A stretch of 64,000 bases of DNA from an uncultured Chloroflexia bacterium (GCA_963850555.1 CAWKLT010000004.1:114081-178080); one strand, 5' to 3'. Shown: positions 12,098-22,034, counted from the first letter of the stretch. A program made the numbers and translations. Notes: a model not told the origin generated them from the sequence alone.

Positions 12098-12182
12098 CGC
12101 CGGATCGGCGGCCGGGCGGTCTCTTGCGAGATCCCTGGCTTTGCGTCCCCGCCTCGCGACGGGTTTGCCCTGAGCGATCGTG
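12098..12182 (-). promoter_or_regulatory. c-di-GMP-I (GEMM-I) riboswitch aptamer
   Basis: Minus-strand RNA: CGAUCGCUCAGGGCAAACC-CGUC[GCGA]GGCG-GGGACGCAAAGCC-AGGGAUCUC[GCAA]GAGACCGCCC-GGCCGCCGAUCC. It reproduces the conserved CAGGGCAAACC / GNRA hairpin / GGGACGCAAAGCC / second hairpin / CCGAU layout of the Vibrio Vc2 class-I aptamer. A downstream hairpin can occlude the SD of the micro-ORF. Confidence 0.85.
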
Positions 12183-12331
12183 GTGTGCAGGACGAAAGTC
12201 CGTTGTGGTCGCACTGTCGCTCATCCATCCCCGAGTGCCGATACCCCAGTAGTACCAGTACCCCGCGGCCGTTGGGGGGAGTTGTCGGCCCGCACCGGGC
12301 GGCCTGGGAGCCCCGAACCGCGCCGGGCCGT

Positions 12332-12895
12332 TCAGGCGCCGACGGGCGGCGCTGCTGCGACCGTCGACGGTCGATCCCACGCGCGCATGGCGGTGACGAT
12401 CACGATGCCGACGCCGACACCGATCAGCACGTCGCCGATGCTGAAGACATTGGAGAACGGGACCCACGTCGGGAGCGCGAAGATGTCGGTCAGTGGCGCC
12501 AGCACGGGATCGGGGACGATCGTGCTGTTGGAGTAGGCCGTCGGATGCGCCGCACCCAACGCGGTCAGCGCCGCGGGATCCGCCGGCATGTAGCCACCGT
12601 TCGCGACGATCGCGACGAGGTTGCTGATCGCGCCGAGGGCCACGATCGGCATCCCCGTGATGGCGCGATTGGCCAGGACGGCCGCGATGACGGCCGCGGT
12701 CGAGGCCACATAGACCGGCGGCCCGAACCCGCCGATCCGAGCACTGACCGGCTCCGAGAACAGGACGACCTGGGTGAGGAGCCCGGCCACGATGACCCAC
12801 GACCAGCGCAGCTGGAGCGCGGCCAGGCCGGACAGACGCCCGCCGGTGACGAAACCGACGACGAGTCCGATCAGGACGGCATAGAGGATGAACAA
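12332..12895 (-). CDS. DUF5317-family integral membrane protein
   Basis: 187-aa multi-TM ORF (MFILYAVLIGLVVGFVTGGRLSGLAALQLRWSW...VANGGYMP...). It begins 20 nt after the GGDEF-EAL gene. This family is typically linked to c-di-GMP enzymes. Confidence 0.75.
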   Translation of the reverse strand: MFILYAVLIGLVVGFVTGGRLSGLAALQLRWSWVIVAGLLTQVVLFSEPVSARIGGFGPPVYVASTAAVIAAVLANRAITGMPIVALGAISNLVAIVANGGYMPADPAALTALGAAHPTAYSNSTIVPDPVLAPLTDIFALPTWVPFSNVFSIGDVLIGVGVGIVIVTAMRAWDRPSTVAAAPPVGA

Positions 12896-12914
12896 CGCGA
12901 CGCTCCCGGGCTGC

Positions 12915-15464
12915 TCAGCTGGCCAGGTGGTCGATGGTCAGGGCCGACGACGCGGCTCGGATCCCCGACGCGGGGCGGCGCGGCTCCCGCAGCGGCCGTT
13001 GGGCCATCAGCATCTCGGTCATGGCATCCGCTTCCTGCGGCCTCGAGAAGAGGTAGCCCTGGCCGTATTCGCAGCCGAGCTCGTGGAGCCGCCGATACTG
13101 CCCCGGTTCCTCGATGCCTTCGGCGATGATGCTCAGCCCGAGCGTCCGGCCGAGGGCCACGATCGCGCCGGCGAATGCCCACTCCTCTTCGCTCTCCGCG
13201 GGCCCGATGAACTCACGCGCGATCTTGAGGATGTCGACCCGGAAGCGGCGCAGGTAGCCGAGCGATGAGTATCCGGTGCCGAAGTCGTCGATCGCGATCC
13301 GGACACCAAGGTCGCGGATGGCCTCGAGGCGCGAGATCGTCGTCGTCGTGTCGTGGAACATCACGGTCTCGGTCATCTCGAGGACCAGCTGCCACGGCGT
13401 CAGCCCGCTCTCTTCGAGGATGGACTTGAGATCGCTGACGAAGGTGGGTTCCTGGAGCTGCTGGGCGGACAGGTTCACCGACATCGTCAGGGGCGGGTCG
13501 GTCGGCCCGAGCCTGGACCATGCCGCGGCCTGACGGCACGCTTCCGACAGGACCCAACGCCCGAGCGGCAGGATCATCCCGTTCTCCTCGGCGAGGTGGA
13601 CGAACTCGCCGGGCCCGATCAGGCCACGGACCGGATGGCGCCAGCGGACGAGGGCCTCCATGCCGGTGACTTCCGCGTTCGAAAGCGTCACGATCGGCTG
13701 GTAGTAGACCGCGAGCTCCCCCTGGCCGAGGCTCCGGGAGAGCTCGGCGCTGAGCGCGTGCCGTTCGACGATGGCGGCGTGCATCGTGGGCTCGAAGACG
13801 GACACGCGGTTCTTGCCGGATGCCTTGGCCGTGTACATCGCGACGTCGGCGTTGCGCAGGAGCTCGTCGGCCCGCTCCGTCCCCAGACGCGCGGCGGCGA
13901 TGCCGATGCTCGCCCCGATGGTCGTGTCGTGCCCGTCGATGGAGAACGCCACGCGCATCGCCTCGATGATCCGGTGGGCGACGGCCTCCGATTCGGACAG
14001 GCCCGGGTCGTCTTCGAGGAGGACCGCGAACTCGTCGCCGCCCAGGCGCGCGGCGACGTCCTCGGTGCGCAGCACGGTCCGCAGGCGCGCCGCCACGTCG
14101 AACAGCAGTCGGTCGCCGGCGGCGTGCCCAAGCGTGTCGTTGACGACCTTGAAGTCGTCGAGGTCCATGAACAGCACGACCGGCATCTTGTCGGTGGGAC
14201 GACTGATCCGGTCCACGACCTTCTCGAGGAACAGGGTCCGGTTCGGGAGGCCGGTCAACGGGTCGTGGTAGGCCTGATGACGGAGCTGCTCCTTGAGCCG
14301 CGACAGCTCGGCCAGGGACTGCTCGAGATGGCCGTTCTCCAGCGCGACCGCGGCCTGGTTGGCCAGGGTCTCGAGCAACCGGAGGTCGTCCTCGCTGAAC
14401 ATCGTGCCCTCGGTCAGGCGGTTGCTGATGATCAGCGAGCCGATCATCTCCGACTCGCCGCGGAGCGCACTCACCATGTGCTGCGACACACGCCCATCCG
14501 GGTCGCGGGTCTCCTCGAAGAACGGCGCCGTCGAGTTGGCGAGACGCAGGTGGATCGGGTCCTCGACGTAGTCCCGGTCCGGGACCATCACGTCGGCCTC
14601 GCGTTCGTGCCAGGAGCGGGTCCGCAGGCCGGCCTCCCCGATGGTTCGCGGGTACAGGACGACCTCCGCCAGCTCGGCGCGGAACATCGTGCGAGCGTGG
14701 CTCAGCAGCGACACCAGGGTCGAGTCGATCTCGGGGGAGTGCTGCAGGATCCGCGACGACTGGTAGAGGAGTTCCAGGCGCTCGTGCTTCTCGCGCTCCG
14801 AGACGTAGGCCTGATAGGCCAGGAAGACCATCGCGACCGGCAGGATCAGCAACCAGAGCATGGCCGGGCTCAACCAAAGCGCGGCGACGGCGAGGAGCGC
14901 GAGGCTCGTGTTCGCCAATGCCACCATCAGACCGAACTGGATCATCTCGGGAAGCTTCCGGAACTGCGGGGCGCCGCCCGAGAGCGTGATGACCGTCGCG
15001 ATCGTGATGGAGCTGATGATCGTCGACGCCGATGTCGCGGCGAACGCCGCGAGCCACTCGCGCAAGCCGGGCATCCCGTCACGGACGACGAGGGCCGACA
15101 CGATGCTGTAGGAGACCACCGCGATCAATCCGAAGTTCGCGAGGTTGAATGCCACCTTGATGGGGCGTTGTCCGGAGGCGAACAGCATCGCGGCGGCCGA
15201 GCCGGTCAGGACGGCCAGGACGTAGTCGGGGGGCGAGAGGAAGAACAGGCCGACGACGGCCGGGAACTCGCTCAGCGAGAACGAGTGGGTCTCGCGCCGG
15301 AAGTGGACCTCGACGACCTTCAGCTCGGCAGCCGCGAAGGCGATGGCGAGGAGGGGCCACGGGATCTGGATCGGGACTTGAGGCGCGGGGAGGCCGTGCA
15401 GCCGTGCGACGTAGATCGCGACCGCGACGAGGATGAGGGTCACGGTCAGACCCCAGACGCGCAC
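12915..15464 (-). CDS. Membrane-anchored GAF-GGDEF-EAL c-di-GMP turnover protein
   Basis: N-terminal ~8 TM helices, a GAF-like region, the GGDEF domain (RLGGDEFAVLL) and the EAL domain (MEALVRWRHP...DDFGTGYSSL). The ORF is open to 15704, but the first 80 codons are Arg-rich and look non-coding, so GTG 15464 is preferred. Confidence 0.88.
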   Translation of the reverse strand: MRVWGLTVTLILVAVAIYVARLHGLPAPQVPIQIPWPLLAIAFAAAELKVVEVHFRRETHSFSLSEFPAVVGLFFLSPPDYVLAVLTGSAAAMLFASGQRPIKVAFNLANFGLIAVVSYSIVSALVVRDGMPGLREWLAAFAATSASTIISSITIATVITLSGGAPQFRKLPEMIQFGLMVALANTSLALLAVAALWLSPAMLWLLILPVAMVFLAYQAYVSEREKHERLELLYQSSRILQHSPEIDSTLVSLLSHARTMFRAELAEVVLYPRTIGEAGLRTRSWHEREADVMVPDRDYVEDPIHLRLANSTAPFFEETRDPDGRVSQHMVSALRGESEMIGSLIISNRLTEGTMFSEDDLRLLETLANQAAVALENGHLEQSLAELSRLKEQLRHQAYHDPLTGLPNRTLFLEKVVDRISRPTDKMPVVLFMDLDDFKVVNDTLGHAAGDRLLFDVAARLRTVLRTEDVAARLGGDEFAVLLEDDPGLSESEAVAHRIIEAMRVAFSIDGHDTTIGASIGIAAARLGTERADELLRNADVAMYTAKASGKNRVSVFEPTMHAAIVERHALSAELSRSLGQGELAVYYQPIVTLSNAEVTGMEALVRWRHPVRGLIGPGEFVHLAEENGMILPLGRWVLSEACRQAAAWSRLGPTDPPLTMSVNLSAQQLQEPTFVSDLKSILEESGLTPWQLVLEMTETVMFHDTTTTISRLEAIRDLGVRIAIDDFGTGYSSLGYLRRFRVDILKIAREFIGPAESEEEWAFAGAIVALGRTLGLSIIAEGIEEPGQYRRLHELGCEYGQGYLFSRPQEADAMTEMLMAQRPLREPRRPASGIRAASSALTIDHLAS

Positions 15465-15801
15465 GACGGCCGGGATCGGGCTCCCGTCCGACTGCAGCCG
15501 TCGTGTGGCCGGTCGGTGGCGCAGGCGCTGCGCGAGTCGCGTCCGCTGGTACGTGGCCCGGCCTCGGTCCGTCAGTCCCCGGATCCGAGTCGACAAAAGA
15601 TGCCGCCCCCTCTTGGTGTGGTTGCGGGAGGGATGGTGATGACTAGGACGGTTGTACCCCTTGGACGGCCCTTGTGCAGCACACCAGGGGTACCGCCCAG
15701 GCATAGGACTATCGGTGCCTCGCAGGCTGATTCGCGGACGCCTGAGCCGTCCGCTGGTAGTCTGCAGCCGTCCCGTCCGAACCCCGTGGAGCTCTCACAG
15801 C

Positions 15802-17253
15802 ATGGCCGCCACCTCGCCCCGACCGCGCACCATCGTCGACAAGATCTGGACCGACCACGTGGTCAGCCAGGATCCGGGCGCCCCGGCCGTGCTCGCCGTG
15901 GACCTCCACCTCGTCCACGAGGTCACCTCGCCGCAGGCCTTCACGGGGCTCCGCCAGCGCGGCCTCACGGTCCGCCGGCCGTCGCAGACCGTCGCGACCG
16001 CGGACCACTCGATCCCGACCACGCCGCGGGACCTCCCCATGCTCGACATGGCGGCCGCCGCCCAGATCTCGAGGCTCGAAGACAACTGCCGGGAGTTCGG
16101 GGTGCCGCTCCACGGGATCGGCTCGCCATCACAGGGGATCGTCCACGTGATCGGCCCGCAGATGGGGCTGACCCAGCCCGGGATGACCATCGTCTGCGGC
16201 GACTCGCATACGAGCACGCACGGCGCGTTCGGAGCGCTGGCGTTCGGGATCGGGACGAGCGAGGTCGAGATGGTGCTCGCCACCCAGACCCTCCTCCAGC
16301 GCGACCCGAAGACGTACGAGGTCCGGATCGACGGCCGCCTGGCGCCCGGCGTCAGCAGCAAGGACATCATCCTCGCGCTGATCGCCCGGATCGGCGTCGG
16401 CGGCGGGACGGGCCATGTGTTCGAGTACCGCGGCGAGGCCATCCGCGCGCTGACCATGGAACAGCGGATGACCATCTGCAACATGAGCATCGAGGGCGGC
16501 GCACGAGCCGGGCTCATCGCCCCGGACGACACGACCTACGAGTACGTGCACGGCCGCGAATACGCGCCGCAGGGTGCGGCATGGGATGCCGCGGTCGAGC
16601 GCTGGCGGCGGCTGCCCACGGACGACGGGGCGACGTACGACAAGTCGATCACGATCGACGCGAACGCCCTCGAGCCGATGGTCACCTACGGGACCAACCC
16701 CGGGATGGGCATCCCGATCACGTCGCGCGTCCCCTCGCCGGCCGACGAGCCGGATCCGGCCGCGAAGCGAGCCCTCGAACGCGCGCTCGAATACATGGAC
16801 CTGCAGCCCGGACAGGCGATCATCGGCCAGAAGGTCGACGTGGTCTTCGTCGGTTCGTGCACGAACGGCCGGATCAGCGACCTGCGTCTGGCCGCCGCCG
16901 CGCTCAAGGACCGCCACGTGGCGGACGGCGTCCGGCTCATGGTCACCCCCGGCAGTGACGAGGTGAAGCGCGAGGCCGAGGCCGAAGGGCTGTCCGAGAT
17001 CTTCAAGGCCGCGGGCGCCGACTGGCGCGAATCCGGCTGCTCGATGTGCATCGCCATGAACGGCGACCAGCTGGCGCCCGGCCAGTACGCGGTCAGCACG
17101 AGCAACCGCAACTTCGAGGGTCGCCAGGGCAAGGGCGGCCGGACGTTCCTGGCCTCTCCCCTGACCGCGGCGGCCTCCGCCATCGCGGGCGTCGTGACCG
17201 ATCCGCGGACGCTGCCCGGGATCGAGACGCTGGCCGCGGTCGGCGGTCGCTGA
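15802..17253 (+). CDS. leuC: 3-isopropylmalate dehydratase large subunit
   Basis: [21 protein letters not shown]...[22 protein letters not shown]...[10 protein letters not shown]. The ORF is open from 15652, but ATG 15802 fits the family N-terminus. Confidence 0.93.
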   Translation: MAATSPRPRTIVDKIWTDHVVSQDPGAPAVLAVDLHLVHEVTSPQAFTGLRQRGLTVRRPSQTVATADHSIPTTPRDLPMLDMAAAAQISRLEDNCREFGVPLHGIGSPSQGIVHVIGPQMGLTQPGMTIVCGDSHTSTHGAFGALAFGIGTSEVEMVLATQTLLQRDPKTYEVRIDGRLAPGVSSKDIILALIARIGVGGGTGHVFEYRGEAIRALTMEQRMTICNMSIEGGARAGLIAPDDTTYEYVHGREYAPQGAAWDAAVERWRRLPTDDGATYDKSITIDANALEPMVTYGTNPGMGIPITSRVPSPADEPDPAAKRALERALEYMDLQPGQAIIGQKVDVVFVGSCTNGRISDLRLAAAALKDRHVADGVRLMVTPGSDEVKREAEAEGLSEIFKAAGADWRESGCSMCIAMNGDQLAPGQYAVSTSNRNFEGRQGKGGRTFLASPLTAAASAIAGVVTDPRTLPGIETLAAVGGR

Positions 17254-17256
17254 CCG

Positions 17257-17880
17257 GTGGCCGAACCGTTCCGCATCTTCACGAGCAAGGTCGTCCCCCT
17301 CAACGCCGAGAACGTCGACACCGACCAGATCGTCCCCGCGCGCTACCTGAAGGTCACCGACAAGGACGGCCTCGCCGAGGCGCTGTTCCGCGACTGGCGG
17401 TTCGAGGAGGATGGCTCCCTCAAGGACCCGCCCTTCGTGCTCGACGAGCCCGGCATGGCAGGCCGCCAGATCCTGCTCGTCGGCGACAACTTCGGGGCGG
17501 GTTCGTCGCGCGAACACGCGCCGTGGGCCCTGACGGCGTGGGGCATCCGCGCGATCCTCTCGACCGGCTTCGCCGACATCTTTCGAAGTAACAGCCTCAA
17601 GAACGGCGTGCTGCCGATCGTGGTCAGCCCGGAGACCCACGGACGCCTGTGGGATCTCGTCGAGCACGACCCCGACGCGCAGCTGACGGTCGATCTCGCG
17701 GAGGAGGGCGTGATGCTGCCCGACGGCTCCACGATCGACTTCACGATCGACCCGTTCGCGAAGCGGATGCTCCTGGCCGGCACGGACGAGCTGGGGTACC
17801 TGCTCTCGAAGGACGACGACATCGCGGTCTGGGAGGCCGCGCATCCACCCCGCATCGACACGCTCGCCGGAACGCGTTAG
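17257..17880 (+). CDS. leuD: 3-isopropylmalate dehydratase small subunit
   Basis: 207-aa ORF 4 nt after leuC: DTDQIVPARYLK...GDNFGAGSSREHAPWAL. Confidence 0.93.
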   Translation: MAEPFRIFTSKVVPLNAENVDTDQIVPARYLKVTDKDGLAEALFRDWRFEEDGSLKDPPFVLDEPGMAGRQILLVGDNFGAGSSREHAPWALTAWGIRAILSTGFADIFRSNSLKNGVLPIVVSPETHGRLWDLVEHDPDAQLTVDLAEEGVMLPDGSTIDFTIDPFAKRMLLAGTDELGYLLSKDDDIAVWEAAHPPRIDTLAGTR

Positions 17881-17946
17881 ACCCTCACGTAGGGCCGACG
17901 ACCAGCCGCTCGGGAACCCGATGCCGCCGTCGGTCGTCTCCGCGGC

Positions 17947-18474
17947 ATGAACGAACTTCGCCGCTCCACGCGCCTTGGCGCCGGCCTCCTGTCCTTGTCC
18001 TTCCTGCTGGTCGCCTGCTCGGCGGCCGCGGGACCGTCGGCTTCGGAGCCGCCGGTCAGCGCCGCACCGGACGTGCCGGTCACGGCGCCGCCCAGCGATC
18101 CCGCGGACCCCAGCCAGGACCCCGGCATCGTCGACGGCGCGAAGGTCGTCGTCCCAAAGCCCGGCCAGCTCGACGTCCACGACGTGTCCGCGGACAGCCT
18201 CACGGCTCGCGTGGACGGTTCGACGATCGTGGTGACGGCGAGTTGGTTCAGCGGCGTCGAGCCCTGCAACATCCTCGACACGGTCATCGTCGCCAAGGGC
18301 CAGGGTTCCTACTCCATCACCCTGCGCGAGGGCCGCGGTCCGGAGGACGTGGCGTGCATCGCCATCGCCGAGCTCCACAAGACCGAGATCGCCATCCCGG
18401 ACGTCGCGCCCGGCACGTACCAGATCACCGATGGCACCGGCGGCGCCGCCCCGATCGAGGTCACGGTCGGCTAG
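17947..18474 (+). CDS. Lipoprotein of unknown function
   Basis: MNELRRSTRLGAGLLSLSFLLVAC (signal peptide plus lipobox), then a Pro/Ser-rich linker and a ~110-aa domain. Confidence 0.7.
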   Translation: MNELRRSTRLGAGLLSLSFLLVACSAAAGPSASEPPVSAAPDVPVTAPPSDPADPSQDPGIVDGAKVVVPKPGQLDVHDVSADSLTARVDGSTIVVTASWFSGVEPCNILDTVIVAKGQGSYSITLREGRGPEDVACIAIAELHKTEIAIPDVAPGTYQITDGTGGAAPIEVTVG

Positions 18475-18595
18475 CCGCTCACCCTGCTTCGCTCGTCGTA
18501 ACGCCCCGGGCGATCGCGTCCGGGGCGTTTCGCGCGTCCCGGCGCATCCGCGTGGCACGGCGCGTCCCCGCCCGACCTGTGCGACCATCCCGCCA

Positions 18596-19777
18596 GTGAA
18601 TCCACTCGACCTCGTCGCCATCGTCCTGGTGGTGCTGGCCGTCTTGCTCGGGTACCGATCGGGGGCGCTCCCCCAGGTCGGTGGCCTGCTCGGCGCCATC
18701 GGTGGCGGCGCGATCGTCGTCCTGACCCTCCCCCTCCTCGTCGAACCGCTGGACAGCGTCCCGGCCGATCTGCGGCCGTACGCGGTCCTGACCGTTCTCC
18801 TCCTCGCGGTCGGGATCGGCGAATCGGTGGGATCCACCCTGGGGCGCATGATGGCGGGGGCCTTGGGGACCGGCGTCCTCAGCGCGGCGGACCGCGTCGC
18901 GGGCGGGTTCACCGGGGCGGCCCAGGCCCTGCTGATCGTCTGGCTTGCCGGCGGCCTCCTGGCGATCGGGCCGATCCCGCGCCTGACCGAGGCCGCCCAG
19001 ACCTCCACCGCCATCCGGACGCTGAACGCCGCCCTGCCGCCACCGGCCGAGATCGCGACGGAGCTCGGGTCGCTCCTGGACGAGTCCGGTCTGCCGGAGG
19101 TCTTCGTCGGCCTGGAGCCACTGCCCCAGCCGCCCGTCGACCCGCCGACCGACGCCACGGCCCGGAAGATCGCCGAGCTCGCCGAGGCGAGCACGGTCCG
19201 GGTCTCGGCCGCGACGTGCGGATTCGAATCCTCGGGGAGCGGGGTCGTCGTCGCGGACGGCTACGTCGTCACGAACGCGCACGTCGTCGCCGGCGCGCGC
19301 CCCCGGGGTATCCGGGTCACCGGCATCGCCGGGAAGGTGGACGCCATCGTCGTCCTGTTCGATCCCGCGTTGGACGTCGCGGTCCTGTACGCACCGGACC
19401 TGCAGGCGGCGCCGCTACGGTTTGCGGCGACCGACCCCACCCGCCGTGCGGTCGGCGCGGCCCTCGGGTATCCGGGCGGTGGCAGCCTCACGATCGTGCC
19501 TGCCGCCGTGACCGGCGCCTACGCCGCGACCGGCCGCGACATCTACGACCAGGCGACCGTGACCCGCCGGGTCCTGGAGCTCCGGGCGCAGATCGACCGC
19601 GGCGACAGCGGCGGCCCGTTCGTGCTCGAAGACGGGACGGTCGGCGGCCTGATCTTCGCGGAGGCGCGCACGGACCCCGATGTCGGGTACGCGCTCAGCC
19701 CGACCGCGGTCTCCGTCCGGGTCGCGCCGGCGCTCGGTCGGACCGGGCCGGTCGAGACGGGGCCCTGTCTGCGCTAG
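18596..19777 (+). CDS. MarP-like membrane serine protease (CvpA-family TM domain plus S1/trypsin-like domain)
   Basis: From GTG 18596: VNPLDLVAIVLVVLAVLLGYRSGALPQVGGLLG (CvpA-like, 4 TM). Catalytic motifs TNAHVV, DVAVLY and GDSGGPF are present. Same architecture as M. tuberculosis Rv3671c. Confidence 0.85.
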   Translation: MNPLDLVAIVLVVLAVLLGYRSGALPQVGGLLGAIGGGAIVVLTLPLLVEPLDSVPADLRPYAVLTVLLLAVGIGESVGSTLGRMMAGALGTGVLSAADRVAGGFTGAAQALLIVWLAGGLLAIGPIPRLTEAAQTSTAIRTLNAALPPPAEIATELGSLLDESGLPEVFVGLEPLPQPPVDPPTDATARKIAELAEASTVRVSAATCGFESSGSGVVVADGYVVTNAHVVAGARPRGIRVTGIAGKVDAIVVLFDPALDVAVLYAPDLQAAPLRFAATDPTRRAVGAALGYPGGGSLTIVPAAVTGAYAATGRDIYDQATVTRRVLELRAQIDRGDSGGPFVLEDGTVGGLIFAEARTDPDVGYALSPTAVSVRVAPALGRTGPVETGPCLR

Positions 19778-19790
19778 GGCCGCCGACGAC

Positions 19791-20228
19791 TCAGCTCGGC
19801 CCCGTGGAACCGCCGCTGTGCGAGGGCTCCTCGAGGCGCGAGATCCGCGTGGCGACGGTCTTGAGGACCGCGCCCTGGATGGTCGGGAACTGGGTCAGCA
19901 GCTGGTGGAACTCGCGATGACCGACGACCATCAGCCGGCATGCCGTCAGGCAGGTGGCCGTCGCCGTCCGTCCCGTGTGGCCGAGCAGGGCCAGCTCCCC
20001 GAAGAAGTCGCCCGGGCCCAGGTCGCGCAGGAGCTGCCCGTCGCGCTCGATCCGCACGGTGCCGTCGAGGATCAGGAAGAACTCATCGCCTGACGTGCCT
20101 TGACGGGCTGCGACGCGACCGGCGGGCAGATCCACCTCGTCGGCGAGGCGGCCGACCTCTTCGAGGGCATGGCGGTCGAGTCCAGCGAGGAGCGGGACCT
20201 TCGACAGCAGCTCGAGTTTTTCGTCCAT
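19791..20228 (-). CDS. Stand-alone cyclic-nucleotide-binding domain protein
   Basis: From ATG 20228: MDEKLELLSKVPLLAGLDRHALEEV...GDEFFLILDGTV...GDFFGELALL...RTATATC (CAP/cNMP fold). No HTH or other output domain. Confidence 0.8.
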   Translation of the reverse strand: MDEKLELLSKVPLLAGLDRHALEEVGRLADEVDLPAGRVAARQGTSGDEFFLILDGTVRIERDGQLLRDLGPGDFFGELALLGHTGRTATATCLTACRLMVVGHREFHQLLTQFPTIQGAVLKTVATRISRLEEPSHSGGSTGPS

Positions 20229-20367
20229 CGTCTCGATCTCGCCTCCACCTGTCGCGTCCAGCGGCCGGCCCGATATCGCGTCGCGTCGCGGCAGCATACG
20301 CGTCGCGCGTCCGCCCGGGAAGACGGACGCGGCCTGTACGGGCACGGCGGGCATCTATGCTCCAGGG

Positions 20368-22034
20368 ATGGCAGGACCTGCGGCTGGACCGAAGGCAGCC
20401 GTCACCGCGCTCCGGACGACGCTCGAGGACCCCCAGCTTCGAGGGCTGACGGTCGCGTGGTTCGCGATCTGCGCAGGCAAATGGGCGTTCCTCGTCACGA
20501 CGCTCCTCGCGGCGTATGAGGCCGGTGGGACGGTCGCCGTGGGCATCCTCGGGCTCGCCCGCTTCCTGGTGCCCACGTTGATCGCGCCGTTCGCCGGCCT
20601 GCCGACGGTGCGCTGGCGGCCGGAGGTCGTGCTGCGGGCGGTGAACGCGATCCGGACCGTGGCCATCGGCCTGGCGATCGTCGTGGTGGGGCTGGACCTG
20701 CCGATCCCGCTCCTGTTCGCCGTCGTCGCCCTCGAAGCCGGCGTCGGAGCGTTCACGCGTCCACTGCACATGGCCCTGCTGCCCGCCGTCGCCACGTCGC
20801 CGGCCCAACTCGTGGCGGCCAACGTCACCTCCAGTGCCGCCGAGGGCCTCGGCACCTTCCTCGGCCCGGCGGTGGCCGGGATCCTGCTCGTCGCCACCGG
20901 GCCGCTGGGCGCGACCGTCGCCGACCTTCTTCGATCTACGCGGCGAGCGTGGTGGCGATCGCCCGTCTCCACGTCCCGGCGGTCGGGCGGTCCGACACCT
21001 CGGCACGAGCCGTCCTCGATCAGCTCTCCGCCGGGATCGGGGCGTTGGTCGAGTTGCCGGGGCCGCGGATCATCGTCTTCGCGCTCGGGCTGCAGACCCT
21101 CGTTCGCGGGTTGCTCACGGTCCTCGTGGTCGTCGCGGCGATCGAGTTGCTTGGACTTGGCGAACCGGGCGTCGGAGCGCTCAACGCGGCCCTGGGTCTT
21201 GGTGGGCTCATCGGAGCGGTCGCGGCGATCACCCTCGCCGGACGGGAGCGTCTCTCCCCGGCATTCGGCCTCGCCCTGGCCGGCTGGGGTGCGCCGATCG
21301 CCGTGATCGGCATCGTCGTGCATCCGGCGGTCGCGCTCATCGCCATGGCCGCCGTCGGCGTGAGCAACGCCTTCATCGATGTCTCCGGCTTCACGCTCAT
21401 CCAGCGGATGACCCCGAATTCCAGGCGCATCGCCGTCCTGGGGCTCATCGACAGCGTCGCCAACGGGGGCGTGGCTCTCGGCGGCGTCATCGCTCCGATC
21501 CTCATCGAGACGATGGGGATCCGCGGAGCGCTCGTGGCGAGCGGGCTGATCCTGCCCGTCGCCGCCGTCCTGCTCACGCCGGCCCTGCGCCGGATGGACG
21601 AAGGCGGGGTCGGCGGGGCACGGCGGGTGGAGCTCATCCGCGGCGAGCCGTTGTTCGCGCCGCTCTCGCTGGCGACGGTCGAGCACCTCGCTGGGGCACT
21701 CATCCCCGTCGCCTTCGCCGACGGTGACTGGCTCATGCGCGAAGGAGAGCCCGGCGTGGATTACGTCCTCATCGACACGGGCAACGTCGAGGTCTCGCAG
21801 GAAGGAACCGTCGTCCGGACGATGGGACCCGGTGGCGGCGTCGGGGAGATCGCGCTGATGCGCCACGTGCCGCGAACCGCGTCGGTCCGCGCGGTCGGGC
21901 CGGTGACGGCGTTCAGCCTGGACCAGGCCGACTTCCTGGAGGCCGTGACCGGTCACGCCGTGAGTCGGGCCGTGGCCACGTCGCGGGTCGAGGAACGGCT
22001 GGCGGCGGACACCCAGCGGCCCGTCCTACACTGA
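20368..22034 (+). pseudogene. MFS transporter fused to a C-terminal cNMP-binding domain, frame broken near 20921-20936
   Basis: TM1-6 are in the frame of ORF 20368..21306 (to ...GPLGATVA). The remainder (IYAASVVAIARL... 6 more TM helices, then LFAPLSLATVEHLAGAL...GEPGVDYVLIDTGNVEV...GEIALMRHVPRTASV) is in the frame of ORF 20949..22034. Length is 1667 nt = 3n+2. Confidence 0.8.

Noticed and set aside
15481-15785. Short permuted direct repeats in the GGDEF / leuC divergent region. CCCGTCCGA plus CTGCAGCCGTC occur at 15484-15503 and in swapped order at 15761-15779. GTCCGCTGGTA occurs at 15541 and 15749.
   Set aside because: These are only 9-11-nt matches in GC-rich DNA. There is no associated palindrome, promoter or RNA fold that I could support. 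They could be operator repeats, but the evidence is too thin to call.
13213-19194. Very long alternative-frame or antisense ORFs (for example 13213..15057, 13353..16958, 16129..19194; similarly 23761..25617, 29423..31807, 34324..36033, 55416..57542).
   Set aside because: Their translations are Arg/Pro/Gly/Ala low-complexity strings typical of off-frame reading of ~70% GC DNA. Each overlaps a gene with clear family motifs on the other strand or frame (GGDEF-EAL, leuCD, LLM-GNAT, fabF, copA, LAL).
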